64,000 nucleotides of DNA from Candidatus Multivoradales bacterium (GTDB lineage: Bacteria > Acidobacteriota > Thermoanaerobaculia > Multivoradales > JAHEKO01), in assembly GCA_965248055.1 (NCBI GenBank), contig CBDFIJ010000004.1, positions 2,784,001-2,848,000 of the forward strand, read 5' to 3'. Every line of letters begins with the position of its first letter. Position 1 is the stretch's first letter. The notes under the pieces were generated by a model, which was not told where the DNA came from, made no database searches, and was given only the letters and a program-made list of their open reading frames with translations. This document shows, in pieces, positions 11,081-21,638 of this stretch. The position numbers and the translations under genes are program-made.

Positions 11081-12313
11081 TTACTCCTCCGTTGTTGGGG
11101 TTGTAATGTGCCTTGCTAGCTGCTTGGAGTCAACCAGCCAGAGTAGTGGAAGCACCAAGAGAGACACCGCCGGCGTGGTGTAGCGAGCGATACTCAGGCC
11201 AGTCATGGTCATGATCCAGAAATACCCCGCGACTCCAATAGCCAACACAACCATGGATCTTCCGATGGTTCCAGATCGCAGCGCATTGCGCATTCCGAAA
11301 GCGACAAAAGCTAGGTAAAGGCACTGCACCAAGATGAGAACTCGCTCCCCTCGTCCACTGTCGGTGCCGTACCAGCTACGGGTCGCTTTCCAGCCGATCA
11401 AACCAAACAACCCCACTGGGTTGACCAGTGCCTGATTGGCTAGGGCGTTGGCCATCGAACCAGTACTAGGATCTTGCTGATGGGCGGCTTCAACAGCTCC
11501 CATCGTTCGAGCGATCGCGCCACTGGCTGGGCGGTGGCTACGATAACCCTTGTCGCGAATACTCCAAGTGAGACCATCGTGAATGGCGGCGGAGCCAGCG
11601 GTACTGAGTGGTATCAGTTGGCCGGTTTTGCCCAGGGCGAACAGTTCCCAGGGTGCCACGGTGGCCAGCGCGGCGAGCGACAATCCCAAGGCACCGGTCC
11701 TTACCTTGATACCGATAGGTTGCATTCTGCTGATCCACCAGCCGCACAAGACTAGAACTAGAGGTAAACCGATAGCGATCGGTCGGAACAACGTGCAGGT
11801 CCCGGCGACAACCCCCGAAGTGATCCACCAGCCGACTTTCCCTCCGGTGGCGCCGCGCCACAGTGCGTAGACCGAGATCAGTAGCAATGGAACGAAAGCG
11901 TTCTCACTCAGATTCAGCGAATTGAGCCACAGTGCTGGCGGGTAGACCGACCATAGTGCGGCTGGGATCCAACAAGCGGGAGCGGGGCCTAGATGGCCGG
12001 CGAACAATCCGATCATCCCGGCCGCTAGGGTGGCACATAGGGTACGAAACCAAAACAGGGCCAGAGATCTAGGGATCGAAACAAAGTCGGCGATGCGATA
12101 GAGGCCGGCCAGCGTCATTGGATATCCCGGAGGGTAGCGCACCGCCGGTTGCCCAGCGTCTGTCTCCAGGCCATTTCCGGACAGAACATTCTGCGCAACC
12201 GGGGAATAGAAAGACCGGAAATCCGCGGTATCGGGATCCGGAGTCGGCGCCATCCAGGAAAACGCCAGGAAGGACACCAAGCCCATCGCCGCTCCAACCG
12301 CTGCACTCCTCAT
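11081..12313 (-). CDS. GT-C fold (ArnT/PMT-like) membrane glycosyltransferase
   Basis: D...Y..VAQNVLSGNG, RYPPGYP, LSENAF, TLFRP and ARY motifs, with multiple TMs. Confidence 0.75.
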   Translation of the reverse strand: MRSAAVGAAMGLVSFLAFSWMAPTPDPDTADFRSFYSPVAQNVLSGNGLETDAGQPAVRYPPGYPMTLAGLYRIADFVSIPRSLALFWFRTLCATLAAGMIGLFAGHLGPAPACWIPAALWSVYPPALWLNSLNLSENAFVPLLLISVYALWRGATGGKVGWWITSGVVAGTCTLFRPIAIGLPLVLVLCGWWISRMQPIGIKVRTGALGLSLAALATVAPWELFALGKTGQLIPLSTAGSAAIHDGLTWSIRDKGYRSHRPASGAIARTMGAVEAAHQQDPSTGSMANALANQALVNPVGLFGLIGWKATRSWYGTDSGRGERVLILVQCLYLAFVAFGMRNALRSGTIGRSMVVLAIGVAGYFWIMTMTGLSIARYTTPAVSLLVLPLLWLVDSKQLARHITTPTTEE

Positions 12314-13723
12314 TTAGTCTTCCGAGCGTGAGGCGACGGCAACCAAAGACAGCCCTGGCCACGGGATCCAGCGATCTATACGGCGCCAGATCCAAACCGT
12401 CGCGTTTAAGATTTTGAGCGGCCAGCCGCCCAGTCGGGTGCGACCCAATATCTTTGCGCTAACCAGCCATCCTGGGACCGAGATCGAATTAAAAGATCGC
12501 AGGGTCTGCAACTGAAGCCCGGCGTCTTGGATTGCGGATTTTAACGTGGTCGGAGTGTAACGACGGAAGTGCCCTAGTTCGGTGTCCAGCTTGCTGAACA
12601 GCCACGGCCCGCGGGGAACCAACACGATCGCTCGGCCCCCTGGTAACAGGCTCGCCCGAATGTTCTTGAGAGCCCCGACGTGGTCGTCAATATGCTCCAA
12701 GACATTAAGCATGATGGTGGTGTCAAACCGCTCTCCCAGAGCTTCTGTGGTGGGTTCTTTCTCGATATTCAAGGCTGCCACCGCAATCCGTTTGTCGCCT
12801 TCAAACATTCGCCCTAAACGTTCGAGATGGGAAGAATCAATGTCAGTGGCGTAGTAGAGATCTCGAGGCACGAAATAGCGCGTCAAGTTGCCGGCCCCAG
12901 CGCCGATTTCCAACACCCGGTCACCCACCCAGGGACGGATGAAGTCCGCCATCCAGTAATTGAACTTCGGGGCTCCGGCGAGCTCACCAAGGACTGTATG
13001 CCCGGTGTCGTCGGAAGTGGTGTCGTTGAACAACCCGTAGCGCAGGATCGCACCGATTGCCTTGAACCCGTCGCTGGCAGAAATCTTCTTACCTTCAGAA
13101 TAGGTGCGCCCGTGATAGGAGATCGAGACTTCGTAGATGCGACATCCCAACTGAGAGAACCTGGCAGTCAATTCTGGCTCGATAGTAAAGCCTCGACTGC
13201 GCAGTGGCACGTTGTAAAGGATACCCAGACGAAAGGCTTTATAGCAGGTCTCCATGTCGGTCAGATTGAGGTTGGTCACCATATTGGAAAGCATGGTCAG
13301 GAATCGATTGCCGACGGTGTGCCAGAAAAATAACACCCTGCGCTGACGGCCAGAAAGGAACCTCGATCCGTAGACTACGTCGGCTTGGCCATCCAAGATC
13401 GGTTGGATCAACTTGGGGTATTCCGACGGGGAGTACTCCAAATCGGCGTCCTGGATCACGGCGATGTCACCGGTGGCTTTCTTGATCGCGGTGCGCACCG
13501 CTGCTCCCTTGCCGGCATTTTCTGCATGCAGGATGAGCCCAAAGTCGCCTTTGGCGGCCAGCGATTGCAGCAGTTCGCGAGTGCCGTCGGTAGACCCATC
13601 GTCTACCACCAGTATTTCTTTAGTGACGCCTTCCGGTAGCGAAGCGGCGAGCACTTCCTCGAGAAGCGGTGCCACCGTGTAGCGCTCGTTATAGACCGGG
13701 ATCAGGATAGAGAGTGTCGTCAT
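12314..13723 (-). CDS. Fusion of a GT2 (polyprenol-phosphate glycosyltransferase-like) and a class I methyltransferase
   Basis: N-terminal IPVYNE, VDDGSTDGT, IQDADLEY and LTDMETCYK. C-terminal VLEIGAGAG and NVLEHIDD. Confidence 0.9.
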   Translation of the reverse strand: MTTLSILIPVYNERYTVAPLLEEVLAASLPEGVTKEILVVDDGSTDGTRELLQSLAAKGDFGLILHAENAGKGAAVRTAIKKATGDIAVIQDADLEYSPSEYPKLIQPILDGQADVVYGSRFLSGRQRRVLFFWHTVGNRFLTMLSNMVTNLNLTDMETCYKAFRLGILYNVPLRSRGFTIEPELTARFSQLGCRIYEVSISYHGRTYSEGKKISASDGFKAIGAILRYGLFNDTTSDDTGHTVLGELAGAPKFNYWMADFIRPWVGDRVLEIGAGAGNLTRYFVPRDLYYATDIDSSHLERLGRMFEGDKRIAVAALNIEKEPTTEALGERFDTTIMLNVLEHIDDHVGALKNIRASLLPGGRAIVLVPRGPWLFSKLDTELGHFRRYTPTTLKSAIQDAGLQLQTLRSFNSISVPGWLVSAKILGRTRLGGWPLKILNATVWIWRRIDRWIPWPGLSLVAVASRSED

Positions 13724-14649
13724 GCTTGTTTCGATGGTGTCTTGAAGAAATCAGCTGTTCGTTCCAAGCCGTCTGACAGAGCCAGAGACTGGGGGAGCCC
13801 TAGGGCACTTCGCCCGCGCCCGGGGTCGACCACTGAGCGTCGTTGTTCTCCAGGTTTTGCCGCGGCGAATTGCGCTTCTTGCTCAACTCCACAAGCCCGG
13901 CTGACATGCTGATGCAGTTCAACCACTGAAGTTTCGACTCCGGTGCCCACGTTGTAGATGTGAAATCCATCAACTCCAACTGCAGCGAGGTTGGCGCGTA
14001 CAACGTCGGAAACATGAACGTAATCTCTGGTTTGCCCGCCGTCGCCAAAGATGGTGGTTAACTCGCCGGACAACAATCGCTGCATAAAGATCGCGACCAC
14101 GCCGGCTTCTCCGTGTGGGTTCTGGCGCTCTCCGTAGACGTTGGCGTAACGCAAACAAGTCACGTTGAGCCCGTGTTGCACATGAAAGTAGTACAAGTAC
14201 CGCTCCCCTGCGAGTTTGCTCACGCCGTAGGGGGATACCGGGCGAGTGGGATGATCTTCATCGGCAGGAAAGACATCCTGCTCGCCGTAAATCGCCCCTC
14301 CGGTTGAGGCGAAGATCACCTGCTTAACGCCGCCTTTGACTGCAGCTTCAAGTAGGTTCAGTGTGCCGCTAATGTTGACATCTGCGTCAAAGCGAGGGTC
14401 TTGCGTTGAACGCCGTACGTCCATCTGAGCAGCATGATGGACGAGTAGATCGAAGTTACCGTGCTCAATCAGATCGTGAGCCTCACCAGAACGAATATCA
14501 GCTTCCAACAAGTCCGCTCCGGGAGAGAGGTTTTCGATTCTTCCGCTTGAGAGGTTGTCGATGCCGGTAGTGGCGTGACCGCGGTTGATAAATGCTTGCG
14601 AGACATGCGACCCGATGAAGCCAACCCCTCCTGTAATAACGATCCTCAT
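13720..14649 (-). CDS. NAD-dependent epimerase (UDP-glucose 4-epimerase-like SDR)
   Basis: ITGGVGFIGS, YGVSK, LRYANVYG and GDGGQTRDYV. The start is set at MRIVIT. Confidence 0.9.
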   Translation of the reverse strand: MRIVITGGVGFIGSHVSQAFINRGHATTGIDNLSSGRIENLSPGADLLEADIRSGEAHDLIEHGNFDLLVHHAAQMDVRRSTQDPRFDADVNISGTLNLLEAAVKGGVKQVIFASTGGAIYGEQDVFPADEDHPTRPVSPYGVSKLAGERYLYYFHVQHGLNVTCLRYANVYGERQNPHGEAGVVAIFMQRLLSGELTTIFGDGGQTRDYVHVSDVVRANLAAVGVDGFHIYNVGTGVETSVVELHQHVSRACGVEQEAQFAAAKPGEQRRSVVDPGRGRSALGLPQSLALSDGLERTADFFKTPSKQA

Positions 14650-14743
14650 AACCCTCCCACAACGCCCGACAATAACATTGACCATGGCGATCTTCGGTCG
14701 GTTGCAGTGCCCCAGATTCGCCTAGCGGAGGACTGTTTCACGT

Positions 14744-16267
14744 TCATGAGTAGTCTTTTTGATAACACACGAACCGACCAAGCTCCCCGGCTTTTGTCCA
14801 ACCTTGGTCACTCGGGTTACTTCCTAAGTAGCGCTGCAGGTAGCTAGGCCAATCACAAACCCAGCGGATTTTCGAGTCCGCAAGATAGGCAGAAATTTCA
14901 CTCTGTCGATACACTACTTCGTAGTTGACTTTGCCGTCGAGATTCACAGTTCTATTGCGAAAAAACCCCAAAGTTCCCGATTGACCGGCGGCGACAACCT
15001 CCCCGTCTGGCACGAGATGAGCTACCAGTGGCACCTGCTGTCGGTACATTGAGCTACCAGAAAACAGTTCTGATGAATGAAATGTCAACGTGTAAGCAGT
15101 GCTGATCACGGTTAGGGCAGCAAGACCTGACATCCCCCAAGTTGGGCATTTTTGTAGTAGGCGAACTGCGAGCCGGCTCCAGGCAACGACTGCAGGGAGC
15201 ATCAGCAAAGCGAGGTAGCGTGGGTAAAAGTGAACGGCCCAGGAGGAAAAAAAATACCAGACGGCCAGGCCGATTCCTCCGACGATCACACTGAGTTCAA
15301 ACGAGCGATCTCGCCGAAAGATTGCTTTCGTATTGCTTGAGGCGACGAAGCGGACGATTAGCGTCGCGACAAGGGCGCTCCCCGCCACCGGAATCGGCCA
15401 GTATGAAGCGAATCGATCGCCGAGATACGCCCAAGGCACGACCGCCTGGGCAATAGATTCGATCAGGTCATCGATTCGGCTGGAATGAAATCCCCAATAT
15501 TGTTGTGCGGTGGCGCTGGTGGGCATGATCGAGCCAAATTCGATCAAATTGAATCGCCACCAGGGACTAGAAACCGCAAATGCAGTGATGGTCATGACCA
15601 GAATTCTTCTCGCCGCACTGCTAAGTCTTGTTCGTTCGGCGATTAGATAGAGGATTGCGAAAGCGGCGAGTACGAAGCCAGAGTCGATGCGCGTGAGGAC
15701 CAGCATTCCGGCGCCAGCGCCGAAAGCCAGCGCTTGCGGGTAAGTAGCAAGGCCACGCGTTTGGCTCCATCTCCACATCAGCGCGTATCCCAAAAGTAAT
15801 GCGCCGGTCTCCAGCCCGTTCAAATGGGTGCGCATCGCGAAACTGGCGCTGAGGTAAAGCACCATCGTGACGCGAACCCACGGGGTAGCAGTGTTGCTGC
15901 CCGCGCGGTCCCTGCTGATCAATCCAAGAATGTACGCGGTGAGCACGAAAAGAACGACCTGTAGGATCAGGACAAGCCGCAATGAGGTTAGATCGGATAC
16001 CGCAAAAAGGGGTGCGAGCGCTATGGTAAATAAGGGCTGAAAGCCGTTGGTCTTGTGACTCCCATCGACCGTAAATCCTCGTCCTTCTACCAGATTGGCG
16101 GCAACGCTGAAGGAGTAGTACGCGTCTTCCGTCAGGGGTAGATCAGGGACTAGCTCGTTGGTGCGAAAGCCTAGACTCAACAAGGCCGCAACCAGAACGA
16201 CAGTCGAAAATGCCAGGATCGAACTCTGTCCTAGTGGAATGAGTGAACCGGAGACTGGCTCACTCAC
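14744..16267 (-). CDS. GT-C-like polytopic membrane protein
   Basis: EDAYYSFSVAANL, TNGFQPL, NGLET, LTRID, YPRY and NLDG motifs, with multiple TMs. Confidence 0.7.
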   Translation of the reverse strand: MSEPVSGSLIPLGQSSILAFSTVVLVAALLSLGFRTNELVPDLPLTEDAYYSFSVAANLVEGRGFTVDGSHKTNGFQPLFTIALAPLFAVSDLTSLRLVLILQVVLFVLTAYILGLISRDRAGSNTATPWVRVTMVLYLSASFAMRTHLNGLETGALLLGYALMWRWSQTRGLATYPQALAFGAGAGMLVLTRIDSGFVLAAFAILYLIAERTRLSSAARRILVMTITAFAVSSPWWRFNLIEFGSIMPTSATAQQYWGFHSSRIDDLIESIAQAVVPWAYLGDRFASYWPIPVAGSALVATLIVRFVASSNTKAIFRRDRSFELSVIVGGIGLAVWYFFSSWAVHFYPRYLALLMLPAVVAWSRLAVRLLQKCPTWGMSGLAALTVISTAYTLTFHSSELFSGSSMYRQQVPLVAHLVPDGEVVAAGQSGTLGFFRNRTVNLDGKVNYEVVYRQSEISAYLADSKIRWVCDWPSYLQRYLGSNPSDQGWTKAGELGRFVCYQKDYS

Positions 16268-17211
16268 TCAGCCCTACCTGGACGGTAGTCGGAAATAATT
16301 GTCTTGAGCCCTTGGCGGAGGGAAAAGGAGGGTTTGTATCCCAGCGTATTCGTAGCGCGTTCTAGCGAAGCGATGGATTGCTTTACGTCGCCAACCCTCT
16401 CACTCTCGGTTTGGATGTTCGGGGCTACGCCCAGCAGCTGTGAAATCGTCGTAGCCAGTTCGAGTACACTCGTTTCTTGCCCTCCAGCGATATTAACGAC
16501 GTGACCGGAAGGGGCCGTGGCGGCAAGTATGTTTGCCGCTACCGCGTCCTCGACAAACGTAAAGTCTCTGGTCTGAGTGCCGTCGCCGAAAACGACCATC
16601 GGTTGCTCTGATAGGGCTGCAGCCACGAATCTAGGAACGACTGCTGCGTATGGACCCTCGGGATTTTGCCGAGGGCCGAAGACATTGAAATAACGCAATC
16701 CGAAAAATCCGGTCTGATAACACTGATCAAAGCCATGGGCAATGCACTCAACGGCGGCCTTGGAAGCGGCATAGGGGGATAGCGGCCTTCCTTCATTGCC
16801 CTCACGCTTAGGAGTCTGCTTTGAACTCCCATAGACGCTCGACGAAGAGGCGTACACGACTTGACGTACCGAATTAGCCACTGCGGCGGCGAAGATTTGC
16901 GCCGATCCTTGGACGTTAACGTCGGTGGTCATTGCTGGGTGCGCCACCGATCGTGGCACCGAGCCCAGCGCCGCCTGGTGAAAGACAACCTCGCACCCGG
17001 TGGTCGCTTGTACGCAAGTGTCGGAATAGCGAATGTCTCCCTCCAAGAACTCAATCTGATCGTTGAACAAAGCTAGGTTGGACTCAAGTCCCGTGGAAAG
17101 GTCGTCGAGGACCCGAACCCGAGCTCCCAGGGACAGTAAGTGTTGAACCAAGTGAGAACCGATAAACCCTGCGCCTCCGGTGACCAGAACTTGTTGGTTC
17201 TGCCAGTTCAT
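16264..17211 (-). CDS. UDP-GlcNAc/GlcNAcA 4-epimerase (WbpP/TviC-like SDR)
   Basis: VTGGAGFIGS, FHQAALGSVPRS, YAASK and LRYFNVFGPRQNP..YAAV. Confidence 0.88.
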   Translation of the reverse strand: MNWQNQQVLVTGGAGFIGSHLVQHLLSLGARVRVLDDLSTGLESNLALFNDQIEFLEGDIRYSDTCVQATTGCEVVFHQAALGSVPRSVAHPAMTTDVNVQGSAQIFAAAVANSVRQVVYASSSSVYGSSKQTPKREGNEGRPLSPYAASKAAVECIAHGFDQCYQTGFFGLRYFNVFGPRQNPEGPYAAVVPRFVAAALSEQPMVVFGDGTQTRDFTFVEDAVAANILAATAPSGHVVNIAGGQETSVLELATTISQLLGVAPNIQTESERVGDVKQSIASLERATNTLGYKPSFSLRQGLKTIISDYRPGRAE

Positions 17212-19106
17212 TGGGCCAACGCAGCCGGTTCAAGGTCGGTATCCAAGAGCGATGATTCCGGGACTACCTCGGCCAAAGCCGCCCGCAGGACCTCCGATGA
17301 GGCGGTCTCAGAAAGATCTTTGAGTTGTTCAAAACGTTCGAAAAACCAATCTGCGTCCACTGGCTCAATACGTCCGTTGGAGATTTTTGGATGGAGGGTC
17401 CTTTCCATCTGTTCCCCGGCAAGGGAGAGCTCCTCTTCCAGTTTTTCGCCCGCCCGTAGCCCGGTGAACTCGATCGCAATGTCGTGATGTGGTTTCAATC
17501 CGGACAAGCGGATCATGTCTTCAGCGAGATCGACAATGCGCACCGGATTTCCCATGTCGAGAATCAAGATCTGCCCTGACTCACCGATGGCCCCGGCCTG
17601 CAGCACCAGTTGCGCGGCTTCGCTTGGGGTCATGAAGTACCGCTCAACCTCTGGGTGCGTAACCGTGACTGGGCCGCCCTGGTCGATTTGCTGGCGAAAA
17701 ATGGGAACCACCGATCCCGTCGATCCGAGCACATTGCCGAAACGAACCGCGACGAATCGAGTCGCTACGGTTTGAGCGTATGCCTGGATGGTCAATTCCG
17801 CCACCCGCTTGGTAGCTCCCATGATCGACGTCGGGCGTACCGCCTTGTCGGTGGAGATCAAGACGAAGGCAGCGACCTCGGCTTCGGCGCAACACTGGGC
17901 CAAGGACGCGGTGCCCAAGACATTGTTGCGGACCGCCTCGCGTACGTTCTCTTCCATCAGCGAAACATGCTTATACGCTGCAGCGTGAAAGACCACCTGA
18001 GGCCGGTGTTCGGCGAGAACCGAGCTAATCCGCGCCCGATCCCCAGAGTCGGCGATCACCGAGACCACCATCGGGCTATCCCTGAGTTCCCGATCGATCT
18101 CAAACAGAGCGGCTTCTGATCGCTCAACCAGGATCAGTTTTTCTGGCGAGTAGCCGAGCACTTGGCGCGCCAATTCGCTGCCAATCGAACCGCCACCACC
18201 GGTAACCAATACCACTTTGCCCTGTAAGAAATCCTGCAAAGACTTACTGTCGAGAGCGACTTGTTGGCGTCCTAGCAAGTCTTCAATGGCGATGTCTCGC
18301 ATCCGCCGGATTTCAACTTTGCCGCCAATGACTTCATGGAGACCTGGAATCACCAAAGCGCGAATCGGAATCGCCTCGCAAATACCGGCGATCCGGCGCA
18401 TATCTGCCGGTTCGGCGTCGCCAAGGGTGACGATCACCTGTTCAATGCCGAGTTGCGGCACCAATTCGGCCAAGTCTTGGGTGGTGCCGATGACCGGGAT
18501 CCCGTGTATCCGGCTCCCTTGCTTGACCGAGTCATCGTCGACGAACCCCTCGATCACGATCCCCATCTCGGGATGGCGGTGGATCTCCCGCGCAGTCGCA
18601 ACGCCGGCCGAGCCGGCTCCGATCAGCAGAGCGCTGCCTGGGGCTTGCTCTGGAGAGCGTCGTCTACGTTGGATGCGTTCGAAATCGAGTCGTCGCGAAA
18701 CCCGCAGGGCCAACACCCCACCGTAGGCCAGGGCAGTGTCAAAAAGAATCACCGAAAAAGGTGTCTTCCATGTCGCCAACGAATCCGGGAGACCAAAGCG
18801 AACGGCGACCAAAACCACCATCGAAATCAACGCGGCTTTGGCGAAGGCCGTGATTTCGGCCAGACCGATATACCGCCAAACAAAGGAATTCACTCCCAAA
18901 AAATGCAGCGTCGTTAGTTGCAGTGCGACCACAAGCGGCAGTTGCACGAGCAGCGCAGTGCGTTCGGCTTCGGGCAGCAAGAACTCGAAGCGCAATAGGT
19001 AGGCGACGACCAGAGCCAAAGTCAAACAACCGAGATCCAGAAGGAACTGGATACTTCGCGAGTATCGGTCGACGAGGCGCCGCCATGAAAAAGAGTGATC
19101 GGACAT
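17208..19106 (-). CDS. Membrane-bound UDP-GlcNAc 4,6-dehydratase (PglF/CapD/WbpM family)
   Basis: Four N-terminal TMs, IEDLLGR, TGGGGSIGSE, FHAAAYKHV, STDKAV, MGATK, VRFGNVLGS and GEKL.E. Confidence 0.93.
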   Translation of the reverse strand: MSDHSFSWRRLVDRYSRSIQFLLDLGCLTLALVVAYLLRFEFLLPEAERTALLVQLPLVVALQLTTLHFLGVNSFVWRYIGLAEITAFAKAALISMVVLVAVRFGLPDSLATWKTPFSVILFDTALAYGGVLALRVSRRLDFERIQRRRRSPEQAPGSALLIGAGSAGVATAREIHRHPEMGIVIEGFVDDDSVKQGSRIHGIPVIGTTQDLAELVPQLGIEQVIVTLGDAEPADMRRIAGICEAIPIRALVIPGLHEVIGGKVEIRRMRDIAIEDLLGRQQVALDSKSLQDFLQGKVVLVTGGGGSIGSELARQVLGYSPEKLILVERSEAALFEIDRELRDSPMVVSVIADSGDRARISSVLAEHRPQVVFHAAAYKHVSLMEENVREAVRNNVLGTASLAQCCAEAEVAAFVLISTDKAVRPTSIMGATKRVAELTIQAYAQTVATRFVAVRFGNVLGSTGSVVPIFRQQIDQGGPVTVTHPEVERYFMTPSEAAQLVLQAGAIGESGQILILDMGNPVRIVDLAEDMIRLSGLKPHHDIAIEFTGLRAGEKLEEELSLAGEQMERTLHPKISNGRIEPVDADWFFERFEQLKDLSETASSEVLRAALAEVVPESSLLDTDLEPAALAQ

Positions 19107-19108
19107 GG

Positions 19109-19717
19109 TCAGTTTTTCTTAACCCCAAAGATTCGCCACAGCGTAGCGACCAGGACTTTGCAATCGGTCCACCAACTACGTTGCCGCAGATAGCGGACAT
19201 AGCCATTAAGTTTATCCGGCAGAACGACTTGGCGGTAGTACCGTTCTCGGTCTCCAGCATGATTGGCGAGGATTTCTTCCTCGTGGCGATAGACGAGCGT
19301 GGTCGGGTCGGTGATTCCAGGGGCAACGCGCAGAGTCTCCTGCCACTTCGGGCTGTCAAGATCCACATATTCCCGCACCTCTGGACGCGGCCCGACCAGC
19401 GACATAGTGCCGTTGACCACATTCCACAGTTCGGGCAGTTCGTCCAATTTGGTTTTTCTCAACCATCTGCCGATCGTGGTGATCCTGGGATCTCCCGCGG
19501 CGGTCACCGCTGAGCCAGTCGCGTCCGGTTTCATGGAGCGAAACTTGAGCAGAACAAACTCCTCACCTTGGCGCCCGACTCGGAGTTGTCGAAACAGCGC
19601 GGGTCCTCGAGAGCCGATACGGATCGCTAACGCGATACCAGCCAACAACGGACTGAGTACGATAAGCCCGACTGCCGCCAGCGAAACCTCTACCCATCGC
19701 GGCAGACCTTCTGGCAT
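19109..19717 (-). CDS. Phosphoglycosyl (initiating sugar) transferase, PglC/Bac_transf family
   Basis: KFRSM, DPRIT, KLDELP, MSLVGPRPE and PGIT. The start is uncertain. Confidence 0.92.
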   Translation of the reverse strand: MPEGLPRWVEVSLAAVGLIVLSPLLAGIALAIRIGSRGPALFRQLRVGRQGEEFVLLKFRSMKPDATGSAVTAAGDPRITTIGRWLRKTKLDELPELWNVVNGTMSLVGPRPEVREYVDLDSPKWQETLRVAPGITDPTTLVYRHEEEILANHAGDRERYYRQVVLPDKLNGYVRYLRQRSWWTDCKVLVATLWRIFGVKKN

Positions 19718-19731
19718 TTTCTTCACTTGAG

Positions 19732-20931
19732 TCAACGACGGTGGTCCTTGCAAGTACGCCGAAGGGTAGCTATCACGTACTCTTGCTCAGAGCCGGTCAT
19801 TGAGGGAAACAGTGGCAGGGTGATAATTTTCCGCCATACCGCATCCGCAGTGGGGCAGGAATTCAATTGGTCAGGGAAAGTCTCGCGGTAGTAGGGATGC
19901 AGGTGGAGAGGTCTCCAGTGGACGCTGGTGCCTATTCCGGCCTCGCCGAGCTGCTCAATCAATTGATCGCGGTTGATCGTCAGTTGATCGAGTTGGATGC
20001 GAATCGGAAAGATGTGCCAGGAGTGGAGGTTCTGGTCGTTGCAAGGAGGGAGCGACACGGCAGCGAGATCCGCCAGTTCTTGCCGATACTGCATCGCCAG
20101 CCGTTCACGGTCCGCGCGCAATGCTTCCGCGCGCTGAAGTTGCCTGACTCCCAAAGCGGCGGCGATATCGGTCAGGTTGTACTTAAATCCGGGGGCTAAG
20201 ATCTTGTAGTTCCAGCTACCGCCTTCGTGAAACCTCTTCCACGCGTCGTTACTCAGCCCGTGCAGCGACATCAAACGTATGCGTTCGGCGATCTTCGGGT
20301 CGTTGGTGACCGCCATCCCTCCCTCGCCGGTGGTGATGGTCTTGTTGGCGTAGAAGGAATAGCAGGTGACCTCGGAAGGCCCAGAACCACAAGTCTGCCA
20401 GGGCTGCTCTGCAGAAGGGCGCCAAGCGGCCGGAAAGGCGTGGGCCGCATCTTCCACACTCCAAATATGGTGCTGTTGGCGAAACTGGGCAAGCCGCTCC
20501 AAGTCAACAACCAACCCGGCGACGTGCACCGGAATGATGCCGACCACTTTGGCCCCAGATGCGTTGGTCGCTGCGAGCTTGCGCTCAGCGTCGTCCCAGT
20601 CCAGATTCAGCGTCCTTGGATCGCAGTCGACAAAGATGGGAACTCCACCCATATAGCGCACCACTTCTGCGGTGGCGGCAAAGGTCATGGTGGGTACCAA
20701 GACCGCGCCGCCCCGCTGGAGGCCGAGCGCCTCTACTGCCAAGTGGAGCGCAGCAGTGCAGGAGTTCAAGGCGATGGCGTGGTCAGCACCCACCGCCGCA
20801 GCAAACTGGGTTTCAAACCGGTGACAGACTTCTCCGGTGGTTAACCAACCAGAACGCAGAACTTCCGCGACTGCCTCAATTTCTTCGGGCTCCAAGCCCA
20901 CACGATAGAAAGGAACCTTCATCACTCTCAT
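19732..20931 (-). CDS. DegT/DnrJ/EryC1/StrS family sugar aminotransferase
   Basis: NSCTAALHL, EDAAHA and SFYANKTITTGEGG (PLP lysine). Confidence 0.95.
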   Translation of the reverse strand: MRVMKVPFYRVGLEPEEIEAVAEVLRSGWLTTGEVCHRFETQFAAAVGADHAIALNSCTAALHLAVEALGLQRGGAVLVPTMTFAATAEVVRYMGGVPIFVDCDPRTLNLDWDDAERKLAATNASGAKVVGIIPVHVAGLVVDLERLAQFRQQHHIWSVEDAAHAFPAAWRPSAEQPWQTCGSGPSEVTCYSFYANKTITTGEGGMAVTNDPKIAERIRLMSLHGLSNDAWKRFHEGGSWNYKILAPGFKYNLTDIAAALGVRQLQRAEALRADRERLAMQYRQELADLAAVSLPPCNDQNLHSWHIFPIRIQLDQLTINRDQLIEQLGEAGIGTSVHWRPLHLHPYYRETFPDQLNSCPTADAVWRKIITLPLFPSMTGSEQEYVIATLRRTCKDHRR

Positions 20932-20942
20932 CTGACCGCAGG

Positions 20943-21638
20943 CTACTGAGGTTTCTTGGCGACTGCAACGAAGTGTGAGCGCAACGGCGGTAGCCTCACC
21001 AGCAGCTCTGCCAACCGGGACATTCTTGGGACCAACCTGCGAGCGATCGGTGGAAGAAGGGTGGTCGTTTGGCTGGTCAGTGTGAACTCAGAGAATAAGC
21101 CTTGAAGCTCTCCTACGGTCACCGGGCGTACCGTGGCATTGCCCGGGCTTGGGTAGCGAAAGTCGTAGCAAATAACCACGCCACCCGGTTTCATGACCCG
21201 AACGATTTCACGACCTATTTCAGCTCGATCGTTTTCCGGCAAAACTGAACTCAAAACAGTGGACACAACTACCAAGTCGAACTCCTCATCAGAGCACGGT
21301 AGGCTGGTGGCGTCTGCGCTACCGAGGCTCACGCTTGCAAAGCGTTTCCTGGCCTGGACTAGAGAATTGGCATCTAGGTCGATTCCGCAAATCGATTGCG
21401 GGCTAACCCCCCAGTTGAGGAGCTGTTGAATCCAAGTTCCTGACCCGCAGCCGACATCCAAAGCCGCCGTTTTGGCATCAGGCACGAACTTGATGGTTTG
21501 AAACAAAGCCTCTGCGACGGACACCCGCTGCTCGCGAAACCACAGTTCGCACGGGTCCTGCTCCGAGTACAGCGTATTGAGCTGTATTCGGCGTCGGTGG
21601 TTTTCCTGGCGGATGCGTTGGTGATCAGCTCGCGGCAT
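20943..21638 (-). CDS. Class I SAM-dependent methyltransferase
   Basis: LDVGCGSG, GIDL, DATSLP..EEFDLV and RVMKPGG. The start is set at MPRAD. Confidence 0.88.
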   Translation of the reverse strand: MPRADHQRIRQENHRRRIQLNTLYSEQDPCELWFREQRVSVAEALFQTIKFVPDAKTAALDVGCGSGTWIQQLLNWGVSPQSICGIDLDANSLVQARKRFASVSLGSADATSLPCSDEEFDLVVVSTVLSSVLPENDRAEIGREIVRVMKPGGVVICYDFRYPSPGNATVRPVTVGELQGLFSEFTLTSQTTTLLPPIARRLVPRMSRLAELLVRLPPLRSHFVAVAKKPQ

